Positions 1 through 8,358 of a stretch of 64,000 bases of DNA are shown here, piece by piece. The first letter of the stretch is position 1; the number at the start of each line of letters is the position of its first letter. The stretch lies in the IMG/VR virus record IMGVR_UViG_3300040815_002027; one strand, given 5' to 3'. This stretch comes from a virus. The notes below the pieces were generated by a model that was given only the letters and a program-made list of their open reading frames with translations, did not search any database and was not told the origin of the DNA. The translations under genes and the position numbers were made by a program.

Positions 1-974
1 GTACTACGGATACAGATACAAATAACTACGTCTGCAATGCTTCTTTTAATACAAGTAATGGAGAGTTAACTTTAAACAGGATATTAGGAGGAAGTGTTAC
101 AGTAGACTTAGATGGTAGGTACTGTACAACAGTTCCTACTGTGAACGATCCTACAATAAGCGTAACAGGTTTAGATGGTGTGTGTGTCTATGGGGACAAT
201 TCCTTTACTTTAAACCAATCAACACCTGGATGTGTAACTATATGTTCTGTAGACAGTCTTTGTTCTGTTACTGTGAGAGGGTCAACTACAGCTCAAACGG
301 TTGCTTTCCAAAACTGTGCGTATATTTTTTGCTCTACAGCATTAAACTCTAATATACTACCTCCATCTTCTTTAGGTGTAGGTTTAGTAGGTCCTTTTTA
401 TGCGTGCAATCTAACCGCAGAGCAGTCTCCTACTCATATATTAGCTATAAATAACCCTACAGGAACTTATCAAGGAGGTAGTGCAGAAGTTGTATATACA
501 TCTTTAGATCAATTAAATGCTCAAATATCTGGGAGTATACAGACAAGTCTTGGTACTGATCCTGGAACTTTAGATACTACTACTACAAATATTATATCGG
601 ATGGGGTTCATTGTCATGCTATAACTACAACTCAAACAGATACTGCTTCGACTATAGTTCAAACTAATGCTTGTGGAGAAATAACTGCTGCTAACTTTAT
701 AACAACCTCTGATAAGAGATTAAAGAAAGATATAGAGCCTATAAAAAGTGGGCTAGATGTACTACAAAAATTTAACTCATATACTTATCTAAAAAAAGGT
801 ATATGTGACGCTGGTTTTATAGCACAAGAGGTGTGTTCGGTATTACCTTATTCTGTACAGGAAGATAGTGAAGGTTTTTTAACTATAAAAGAAAATCATA
901 TATTAGCTCACATGCATAAGGCTATACTTGAACTAAATAATAAATTAAATTGTTTGGAAACTAAATTAGGTTAA
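1..974 (+). CDS. Tail fibre/spike protein, 5'-truncated by the window, with C-terminal peptidase S74 intramolecular chaperone; Cys-speckled
   Basis: Frame is open from base 3 (TTDTDTNNYVCNASFNTSNGELTLNR...), so the true start lies upstream of the window; C-terminal TSDKRLKKDIEPI...GFIAQEV is the S74 signature. Confidence 0.8.
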   Translation, partial: TTDTDTNNYVCNASFNTSNGELTLNRILGGSVTVDLDGRYCTTVPTVNDPTISVTGLDGVCVYGDNSFTLNQSTPGCVTICSVDSLCSVTVRGSTTAQTVAFQNCAYIFCSTALNSNILPPSSLGVGLVGPFYACNLTAEQSPTHILAINNPTGTYQGGSAEVVYTSLDQLNAQISGSIQTSLGTDPGTLDTTTTNIISDGVHCHAITTTQTDTASTIVQTNACGEITAANFITTSDKRLKKDIEPIKSGLDVLQKFNSYTYLKKGICDAGFIAQEVCSVLPYSVQEDSEGFLTIKENHILAHMHKAILELNNKLNCLETKLG

Positions 975-976
975 CA

Positions 977-2365
977 ATGCCCGTCCCTACTTCTGGTGAT
1001 TTTAAAATGTTTGATCCTAATGCTAATGATCCAGAGAGCATTGAAGGTGCTATTAATTCGCATGGTGGAGATACAAGTACATCAGATAGTTTTACAGACC
1101 TAATTTCTGTTTCTGTTGCTTCTTATTATGATCCTGTATATGCAGGTACTATAAATACTCCTTCTACTGATGTATCTGCTTCTGAACAGTTTAGAAATTA
1201 TCCTAATATATGCAAATGGGTAAGCTTATACAAGCTAAACAGTACTGACTGTACTTTGGATACCTCTATTCTTTATGTTGATTTTTCTGTTTGTTCTGGT
1301 AGTTTGAATCCCTATACTGTTGGAGATGTGTGGGGAGATGGTGCTTTTTGCTATGAGATACAGTCATTTGGCAGTCCTCCTGCCCCTAGATTCTTTTCTA
1401 CACCTACTAATATAGAGTTAGAGCCTATGACTCCATACGGTAGCTGTGAGGAGTGCTATGGTATAACTACAACTACTACGACAACATCTGCACCTACTAC
1501 AACTACTACGACTACCACCACAACTTGTACACCAGCAGGAACTCCTCTAGGCACGAGGAGCGAGTGTGTAGGTTTTGATGAGTATGTTTATAACGTATAT
1601 GCTGACGGGAACTGTGGAACTTATGAAGTTTACTCATATACTATACCAAATAGTACTAATTGTGGGTATACTACCACTACTACTACTACAACTACTACGA
1701 CAACAATAGCGCCTTTCAAAATATACTACAGACTATTAAGATACTTCTCAGATTGTTCAAATGATATAATACTAAGACAAGGGTACAGATGGAATTACGA
1801 GACACAGCCATCTATAAATGATTATGTGACTTTAGGAGATGGGTATTGCTACAGAATAACATCAGGAACTCCTGTAGGTACAGATCTAGGACAAATACAA
1901 TCTACTTTCTATAGTGATTGCTTTACTTGTTACGGAATAACTACTACTACGACAACAGACGCACCTACAACTACTACAACTACTACGACTACTACGACAA
2001 CAGACGCACCTACAACTACTACAACTACTACGACAACAGACGCACCTACAACTACTACAACTACTACGACTACTACGACTACAGCTGCACCTACAACTAC
2101 GACTACTACGACTACAGCTGCACCTACAACTTATAAGTACCTTATAGGAAGATGTACCTTGTTAGATCAGCAAAGAGTAGTAGAATCTACAGTGCTTCTA
2201 ACTCCTAGCCCGACAGGAGACGGATCTTCTGTTACAATCGTTGGAGGAGGTTCTCAATGCTGGGCAGTATTAAGCACAAGTACAGGCACTGCTACAGAAA
2301 TAGTAGATCAGGTATTCAGTTCATGTGCTATTTGCGAAGGTGGAGGCGAAGGTGGAGGCACTTAA
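977..2365 (+). CDS. Mucin-like Thr-rich/Cys-module protein, probably a virion appendage
   Basis: Long poly-Thr tracts (TTTTTTDAP/TTTAAP) separate Cys modules ending in CxxC; directly follows a fibre gene. Confidence 0.65.
   Translation: MPVPTSGDFKMFDPNANDPESIEGAINSHGGDTSTSDSFTDLISVSVASYYDPVYAGTINTPSTDVSASEQFRNYPNICKWVSLYKLNSTDCTLDTSILYVDFSVCSGSLNPYTVGDVWGDGAFCYEIQSFGSPPAPRFFSTPTNIELEPMTPYGSCEECYGITTTTTTTSAPTTTTTTTTTTCTPAGTPLGTRSECVGFDEYVYNVYADGNCGTYEVYSYTIPNSTNCGYTTTTTTTTTTTTIAPFKIYYRLLRYFSDCSNDIILRQGYRWNYETQPSINDYVTLGDGYCYRITSGTPVGTDLGQIQSTFYSDCFTCYGITTTTTTDAPTTTTTTTTTTTTDAPTTTTTTTTTDAPTTTTTTTTTTTTAAPTTTTTTTTAAPTTYKYLIGRCTLLDQQRVVESTVLLTPSPTGDGSSVTIVGGGSQCWAVLSTSTGTATEIVDQVFSSCAICEGGGEGGGT
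1940..2131 (+). repeat. Coding tandem repeat (Thr codon runs with DAP/AAP units)
   Basis: Three ACAGACGCACCTACAACTACT units and two ACAGCTGCACCTACAACT units separated by variable ACN runs. Confidence 0.9.
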
Positions 2366-2380
2366 TTTAAAATAAAGATT

Positions 2381-3301
2381 ATGATCAGGTTTATAATGGC
2401 GCAGCCCGCAATAAAATACTACTCATGGCAAGTAGAAGTTTTATTGAATAATATGATAGAGATAGGGATAAACCTAAATTACGTTGATGTTGTATGTTAT
2501 GTAGAAGATACTATACCTAAAGAATGGGATAAATTAAGACATGGTTATGCTGCAAGATTCTTCTTTTATAAAGATACTAGAGAGACCAAAAACTATATAA
2601 GCAGTATCAGGCCTAATATCTTAAAACAGCATTGGGAAAATCACCCGTATCTGGAAAACGAAGTGATTTTTTACCACGATTGCGACATAATCTTTACAAG
2701 ACCTCTTGATTTAGACAAGTACAAAAAGGACGATACCTGGTACGGTAGTGATACTAAATGGTACATAAGTTATGACTACATTATAGGAAAAGGAAATGAT
2801 ATCTTTAACAAAATGATAGATATTATAGACATTGATCCAGACATTATTATAAAAAATAATGATAACAGTATAGGCGCACAATATATTATGAAGAATGTAG
2901 ACAGGGAGTATTGGGAAGATGTAGAAAAAGACTCCGAAAATCTGTTTGTAGAGGTAACAAGTTTAAACAGTGAAAAGAAAAAAAAGGATCCAGATTATCA
3001 CGAGATACAAATATGGTGTGCAGATATGTGGGCAGTTTTATGGAACGCTTGGAAAAGAGGCTATATTACTAGATGTGATCCAGATTTAGATTTTAGTTGG
3101 GGGACATCAACAGAAGAAGACTATTATAAATACAATATAATGCATAATGCGGGGGTTACTGATGATAAAGGGGGTCTATTTTTTAAAGCAAAGTTTACAA
3201 ATAAATTTCCATACAATTTAAACTTGTCTATACGAAATAACACTGCGTCAAAAAAGTATTATGAGTGGGTGCAGAAAATAGAGAAAAAAACAGTTTTATA
3301 A
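2381..3301 (+). CDS. GT-A glycosyltransferase resembling plant HPAT/SERGT1 (GT95/GT96) protein O-glycosyltransferases
   Basis: Motifs YYSWQVEV, YISSIRP, IFYHDCDIIFTRPL (DxD) and WCADMWA occur in the same order as HPAT/SERGT blocks. Confidence 0.65.
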   Translation: MIRFIMAQPAIKYYSWQVEVLLNNMIEIGINLNYVDVVCYVEDTIPKEWDKLRHGYAARFFFYKDTRETKNYISSIRPNILKQHWENHPYLENEVIFYHDCDIIFTRPLDLDKYKKDDTWYGSDTKWYISYDYIIGKGNDIFNKMIDIIDIDPDIIIKNNDNSIGAQYIMKNVDREYWEDVEKDSENLFVEVTSLNSEKKKKDPDYHEIQIWCADMWAVLWNAWKRGYITRCDPDLDFSWGTSTEEDYYKYNIMHNAGVTDDKGGLFFKAKFTNKFPYNLNLSIRNNTASKKYYEWVQKIEKKTVL

Positions 3302-3327
3302 AATATTAAGTAATATTATAGATATCT

Positions 3328-3969
3328 TTGTGGATGTTAAAAAATATACATCAAATATGGTTAGGTAATAAAAGAATACCTAAACACATAAAAGAATATA
3401 TGCAAGAAATAGAAAAAGAGCATAAAGAATACAATTACTTTTTTTGGAATGATAGTAATATACCTGATATGCCTAAAATTTTAAGATCAGTATTTGATTC
3501 TTTAGACCATCCTGCGATGAAAAGTGATTTACTAAGAGTGTACGTTCTTTATCTGCATGGCGGTATTTATTTAGATGTTGATTACAAATTATTAGCAAAT
3601 ATAGATAATCTTAAGTTAGATAGTAAAGATGACTATATAGTATATCAGAAAAAATCCAAAGTAGAAGACTTTAATTCATGTCTCTATATTTCAAACAAGA
3701 AAGGTAAGTTTGTATCATATATGTTAAAAACAATTAATGAAAAAAAAATGTGGTTAGGACCTCATTGGTATGCAAAATGTATATATGATTATTTAGGGCT
3801 AGAGAAACATTGTGATTATAAAGATATTTTAAAAAAATGTGATGAAAATAATATAGGGTACATTGATTGGGACTATTTTGATAGTAACATTGCTAAACAT
3901 ACTTTTATGGCATCATGGTATCCAGATTCATTTTGGAAGAAAAAGTTTGATGAAGATAGTTATGAGTAA
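3328..3969 (+). CDS. GT32 (DXD, Och1-like) glycosyltransferase; real start may be ATG 3334
   Basis: KNIHQIWLG, SDLLRVYVLYLHGGIYLDVD, WLGP. Confidence 0.85.
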   Translation: MWMLKNIHQIWLGNKRIPKHIKEYMQEIEKEHKEYNYFFWNDSNIPDMPKILRSVFDSLDHPAMKSDLLRVYVLYLHGGIYLDVDYKLLANIDNLKLDSKDDYIVYQKKSKVEDFNSCLYISNKKGKFVSYMLKTINEKKMWLGPHWYAKCIYDYLGLEKHCDYKDILKKCDENNIGYIDWDYFDSNIAKHTFMASWYPDSFWKKKFDEDSYE

Positions 3970-3974
3970 TTTTG
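3967..3974 (+). promoter_or_regulatory. Bacteroidota-type -7 promoter element (TAnnTTTG)
   Basis: TAATTTTG(C) about 35 nt upstream of ATG 4009. Confidence 0.45.
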
Positions 3975-4008
3975 CGAATAGTGTACTTTAATAAAATAAA
4001 AACTATTT

Positions 4009-4599
4009 ATGGTAACATCTTATTTTTTTAAATCTAGACAAAGTAATTTTGGTAATTACTATTTTCTTAATGATGCCTTAACTAAGGACGAGATAGATAG
4101 CATACTAACTTCTGTAGAGTATATACCCTCTCAAGACGCTATTATAGATGATAGCAGTAGAGAAACTAATATAAGAACCTCTATTATTAAATGGATACCA
4201 AAAAACCAGGATTGGGAATGGTTGTATTATAGATTATTTGATATAATGAATATTGCAAATAATTCTATGTGGAATTTAGATATAACCACTATGTTTGATA
4301 TGATACAGTATACTGAGTACTACGCTACAGAAAACGGGCATTATGATTGGCATATGGATGTAGGATCTGGGGAGGCTTCTTATAGGAAAATTTCTATTTC
4401 TGTACAAATATGCGAGGCAGATGATTTTGAGGGAGGTGACTTACAGATGTGGTTAGGCGGTACAAGTTTTTTAACTATGCCTAAAGGTATAGGAAATGCT
4501 GCTGTTTTCCCTAGTTTTTTTATGCATAGAGTATCTCCTATCACCAGAGGAGTTAGAAAAAGTTTGGTAATGTGGGCGGGAGGAACTCCTTATAGATAA
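4009..4599 (+). CDS. 2OG-Fe(II) oxygenase (prolyl hydroxylase/PKHD-like)
   Basis: HYDWHMD (HxD), RKISISV, FEGGDL, FPSFFMHRVSPITRGVRKSLVMW. Confidence 0.9.
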   Translation: MVTSYFFKSRQSNFGNYYFLNDALTKDEIDSILTSVEYIPSQDAIIDDSSRETNIRTSIIKWIPKNQDWEWLYYRLFDIMNIANNSMWNLDITTMFDMIQYTEYYATENGHYDWHMDVGSGEASYRKISISVQICEADDFEGGDLQMWLGGTSFLTMPKGIGNAAVFPSFFMHRVSPITRGVRKSLVMWAGGTPYR

Positions 4600-4617
4600 T
4601 AAAACTTTTTTATGGTA

Positions 4618-4625
4618 TATTTATA
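4618..4625 (+). promoter_or_regulatory. Putative late promoter TATTTATA
   Basis: Recurrent intergenic 8-mer upstream of structural genes. Confidence 0.65.
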
Positions 4626-4654
4626 GTAAATATTTATTATAAAACAAAACTATA

Positions 4655-5272
4655 ATGAAAAGGAGACAACTTTCAGAAGCAGACTTAAAAAAATTAGGAC
4701 AAAAGATAAACAGAGGTTTTGATTTTTTAAAGCAAGGGTTAGAAACTAAAGAATTAACTAAAGATAAAGTATTAGCATTATTGCAAGACTTACTCCATTC
4801 TTTATATAATACAGGTAAAATAACAAAGCAGCAGGTATTAAATATTACACGTGATTTACCTAGTCAAAAGCCGAGACCTAATCAGCAGCAGTCTATGGCT
4901 GAAAGAAAGTTTACGAATGAAGACGTTAGAGAATTATATGAATTGTTGACTATTTTAAAAGAGATAAGAGAAGAAGAAGAAAAAACTCCTGCTGAGGATC
5001 CAAAAGATGTTGAAGCTAAGGAAGAAGAGCCTAAAGAGGAAGAACCAAAAGAAGAGCCGAAAGATGAGGAACCAAAAGAAGAAGAGCCTGAGTCTAGCGA
5101 ATTAGTGTCTGCTTTGTTTAAAACTACTGCTGGTAAAAATTTTAAAAGATTAGTAGGTAATATTTCAAATCAAGAAGAAAAGGCTGAGGTTATTATTGAC
5201 TTGATTAAGGAATTACCGAAGGCTGATAGTCAAACGTTAAGTAATAAGCTGAGAAGATATTTTTCTAATTAA
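4655..5272 (+). CDS. Hypothetical acidic protein with EEPKE repeats, possibly an internal head protein
   Basis: ORF preceded by the late motif; low-complexity acidic linker. Confidence 0.5.
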   Translation: MKRRQLSEADLKKLGQKINRGFDFLKQGLETKELTKDKVLALLQDLLHSLYNTGKITKQQVLNITRDLPSQKPRPNQQQSMAERKFTNEDVRELYELLTILKEIREEEEKTPAEDPKDVEAKEEEPKEEEPKEEPKDEEPKEEEPESSELVSALFKTTAGKNFKRLVGNISNQEEKAEVIIDLIKELPKADSQTLSNKLRRYFSN

Positions 5273-5285
5273 TTAAACATAACAT

Positions 5286-5912
5286 ATGTCTAAGTTACAG
5301 AACATAAAAGCTGTCAAGGAGATGTTGGCAGGCACTCACCGTTTTCAAAGAAAAACAACGGTAGGATACGAAAAAAAACAAGATACTAAAACTAGAAAGG
5401 TAGGGGAGATATGGGAAGAGACTATGCCTAATGGAGATGTGGTAGAATGGGAGCAGAAACAGGGGTATAGAGTTAAGAGGAGAAAGATTACTAAAATACT
5501 GGATAAAGTTCGGGAGGAGTTAAACACTTATCCTAACTGTTACGATAACTGTGAAAAAAAGAAAACAGCTAAATATACTATACATGATAAAAAGATAAGA
5601 GACGTTCATGGTATGTGTTTAGATTGTTTAGCTAGGTATGAAACTTATCTTAAAGCTAATGGAGAGTTTAAGGAGTATGAGAGAAAGAGGCATTTAGAAT
5701 CGGCTACATCTTTTTTTAAGGATGCAGAAGTAGAAAAAGAGATTATAAAAAAAGCACTAGAGTCTATAGAATACGTAGAGGAAGACGGAAGTAAAGAGGT
5801 CTGGAAATCAGAAAATAAACAAGCTCTATTAGAAAAGATAGATAGAGACTTTGAGAAGTTAAAAAATGACATATTAGGTCCTTTACAAAAAGAAGAAGAT
5901 GCAAATAATTAA
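5286..5912 (+). CDS. Hypothetical protein with possible Zn site
   Basis: CYDNC and CLDC motifs; upstream of terminase. Confidence 0.5.
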   Translation: MSKLQNIKAVKEMLAGTHRFQRKTTVGYEKKQDTKTRKVGEIWEETMPNGDVVEWEQKQGYRVKRRKITKILDKVREELNTYPNCYDNCEKKKTAKYTIHDKKIRDVHGMCLDCLARYETYLKANGEFKEYERKRHLESATSFFKDAEVEKEIIKKALESIEYVEEDGSKEVWKSENKQALLEKIDRDFEKLKNDILGPLQKEEDANN

Positions 5913-6345
5913 CCAAGCACTGGAATTTATTAAACAGCCACAGTTCTATTATTATGCTGGCGGAGGTTTACTTATATTAATATTATTGTATTTATTATTT
6001 AAGAAAAAAAATACATCCAGTTCTGGAGGCATTGATAATCTTATAAAAAACTTTCTGTCTATAGTAATTGTGAGTGTTCTTACTTTGCAGATTTTTTTAG
6101 GTACTAGGAAAAATGTTGCGGACAAGAAAGTAAAAAAAGATATAGACGATAATGATGATAAGAAAAAAGAACTAGATGATCTAAAAAATAATATAGAGAA
6201 TGAGATACAAGATAAGAAAAAAAGTATAAAAGACATAGAAGAAGAGATAGAGAAAATACAGCAAGAAAAAAATAATATAAAAAAAGAAAGCGATAAGAAT
6301 ACTAAATCTTTAAAAGATATCTCTAATAAACTAAAAAACTTATAA
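5899..6345 (+). CDS. Membrane protein (2 TM) with C-terminal coiled coil; possible spanin or holin
   Basis: Two hydrophobic segments followed by a K/E/D-rich heptad region. Confidence 0.45.
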   Translation: MQIINQALEFIKQPQFYYYAGGGLLILILLYLLFKKKNTSSSGGIDNLIKNFLSIVIVSVLTLQIFLGTRKNVADKKVKKDIDDNDDKKKELDDLKNNIENEIQDKKKSIKDIEEEIEKIQQEKNNIKKESDKNTKSLKDISNKLKNL

Positions 6346-6749
6346 TGAAAAAGTTATATATTTTAATTACGTTTTTGCTTACAGTTTTTGTATCTTACGG
6401 CCAACAAGCAGACACTGTTTTTACTTCAGATCAACTTGTTAGAATTTATGAGTATATAGACTCTTTAGAAACTGAGGTAGAAATATTAAGTAGAAAAAAT
6501 GAACTTAATTTAAGATTGGCTGAGCAGTATAAGTATAATAATTCACAACTAAATGATTTAGTTGATTACAATGAGAGGTATATAGCAGTAAGAAATGCTC
6601 AATACTCATTACTGGAGAAGAATATAGAATCGTATCAAGAATATATAAAAACAACTAAAAGACCTTTTTGGGATAAACCTATAGTATGGTTTGTAGTAGG
6701 AGCAGGTACTATATACTTTTCTTCTACTATTGTGGCAAATGTGAAATAG
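6345..6749 (+). CDS. Exported coiled-coil protein with C-terminal TM; possible spanin component
   Basis: Signal peptide MKKLYILITFLLTVFVSYG/Q, coiled coil, C-terminal WFVVGAGTIYF; TAATG overlap with the previous gene. Confidence 0.45.
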   Translation: MKKLYILITFLLTVFVSYGQQADTVFTSDQLVRIYEYIDSLETEVEILSRKNELNLRLAEQYKYNNSQLNDLVDYNERYIAVRNAQYSLLEKNIESYQEYIKTTKRPFWDKPIVWFVVGAGTIYFSSTIVANVK

Positions 6750-6753
6750 TTAT

Positions 6754-8322
6754 ATGGCTAAAAAGACCTTAAAACAGATAATAGCGGAAGAGTATAAAAG
6801 GTGTAGTATAGACCCTATACACTTCATGAAGAAGTATTGTAAGGTACAGCACCCTAAAAAAGGTAAAGTAAACTTTAATTTATACTCTTTCCAGGAACAG
6901 TGTTTATTCGACTTTGAGGAGAATAGATATGTTATAATAAATAAAGGAAGGCAGCTAGGATTATCCACTTTAACCGCTGGTTATGTTCTATATAAAATGC
7001 TCTTTAATTCTGATTTTAATGTTTTAGTAGTAGCTACAAAACAAGAGGTTGCAAAGAACTTAGTTACAAAAGTTCGGGTGATGCACGAAAATTTACCTAT
7101 GTGGCTAAAGGGAGAAGCTATAGAAGATAATAAACTTTCTTTAAGGTTTAAGAATGGTTCTCAGGTAAAAGCTGTAGCAGCCTCTGTGGATGCAGGTCGT
7201 TCTGAAGCTTTGTCCTTATTAGTTATAGACGAAGCAGCGCATATTGACATTATAGATGACATTTGGGCAGCAGCACAATCTACACTGTCTACTGGTGGTA
7301 GTGCTATACTAATATCTTCTCCTAACGGTACTGGTAACTTATTCCATAAAAAATGGGTAGAAGCAGAGCAAGGTAAAGAATTTTTACCTATAAGACTTCC
7401 TTGGTATGTACATCCTGAGAGGGATAAAAGTTGGCGAGATGCTCAAGATGATCTATTAGGTCCTAAAATGGCAGCCCAAGAAAATGACTGCTCCTTTTTA
7501 ACTTCTGGACATTCAGTATTAGAAGGTACTTTAATTCAATGGTATAGGGATACTTATGAACAAGAACCTGTAGAGACAAGAGGTTTTGATGGCAACTATT
7601 GGATATGGGAATATCCTTCATACAGTAAAACTTATATAGTGTCTGCTGATGTTGCTAGAGGTGATGGAGAAGATGAAAGTGCTTTTGTAGTTATTGATGT
7701 AGAAAATGTAACACAAGTAGCAGAGTATAAAGGTGCTATATCTACTAGGGATTATGGTAATATGTTAGTTGCAGTGGCTTCTGAATGGAATAATGCTTTA
7801 CTTGTTATAGATAATAACGGTATTGGCTGGGATACCGTGCAAGTTGCTATAGACAGGAATTATGAAAACTTATTTTATCATTATAAGAATGACCCTTATG
7901 TCGATGCGGCTAAGCATCTTATAGGAGGTTATGATGTTCAGGATAAGTCTAAGATGACTCCTGGAGTTTCTATAAATATGAAAACTAGACCTGTTATGGT
8001 ATCTAAACTAGAAACTTATTTTAGAGAAAAACTGCCTATATGTAGGAGTAAGCGTTCTTTGGATGAGTTTGAAACTTTTATATGGAAGAATGGAAGAGCA
8101 GAGGCACAAAAAGGTTATAATGATGATTTGACAATGTCTTGGGCTATGGCCTTTTGGATAAGAGATACTGCTTTGAGATTAAGACAGCAGGGTATAGAGT
8201 TACATAAGAAAACTTTGGATACTTTTACAAGAACCGTTTATACGCCAAACAATACAGGAAGACAGGAATATACTCAGAAACTTCCTAATAATGAAACAGA
8301 AGATCTTAGGTGGCTTTTATAA
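6754..8322 (+). CDS. terL: Terminase large subunit (T4 gp17-like)
   Basis: KGRQLGLST Walker A, LLVIDEAA Walker B, SSPNG motif III, SADVARG and NDDL nuclease motifs. Confidence 0.95.
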   Translation: MAKKTLKQIIAEEYKRCSIDPIHFMKKYCKVQHPKKGKVNFNLYSFQEQCLFDFEENRYVIINKGRQLGLSTLTAGYVLYKMLFNSDFNVLVVATKQEVAKNLVTKVRVMHENLPMWLKGEAIEDNKLSLRFKNGSQVKAVAASVDAGRSEALSLLVIDEAAHIDIIDDIWAAAQSTLSTGGSAILISSPNGTGNLFHKKWVEAEQGKEFLPIRLPWYVHPERDKSWRDAQDDLLGPKMAAQENDCSFLTSGHSVLEGTLIQWYRDTYEQEPVETRGFDGNYWIWEYPSYSKTYIVSADVARGDGEDESAFVVIDVENVTQVAEYKGAISTRDYGNMLVAVASEWNNALLVIDNNGIGWDTVQVAIDRNYENLFYHYKNDPYVDAAKHLIGGYDVQDKSKMTPGVSINMKTRPVMVSKLETYFREKLPICRSKRSLDEFETFIWKNGRAEAQKGYNDDLTMSWAMAFWIRDTALRLRQQGIELHKKTLDTFTRTVYTPNNTGRQEYTQKLPNNETEDLRWLL

Positions 8323-8333
8323 TTAATATTACA

Positions 8334-8341
8334 TATTTATA
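8334..8341 (+). promoter_or_regulatory. Putative late promoter TATTTATA
   Basis: Intergenic, 17 nt before the portal ATG. Confidence 0.65.
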
Positions 8342-8358
8342 GTTATACAATAAAATTT

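Noticed and set aside
1918-2136. 72-aa Tyr/Asn/Asp-rich ORF
   Set aside because: Alternate-frame shadow of the Thr codon repeat inside the 462-aa gene
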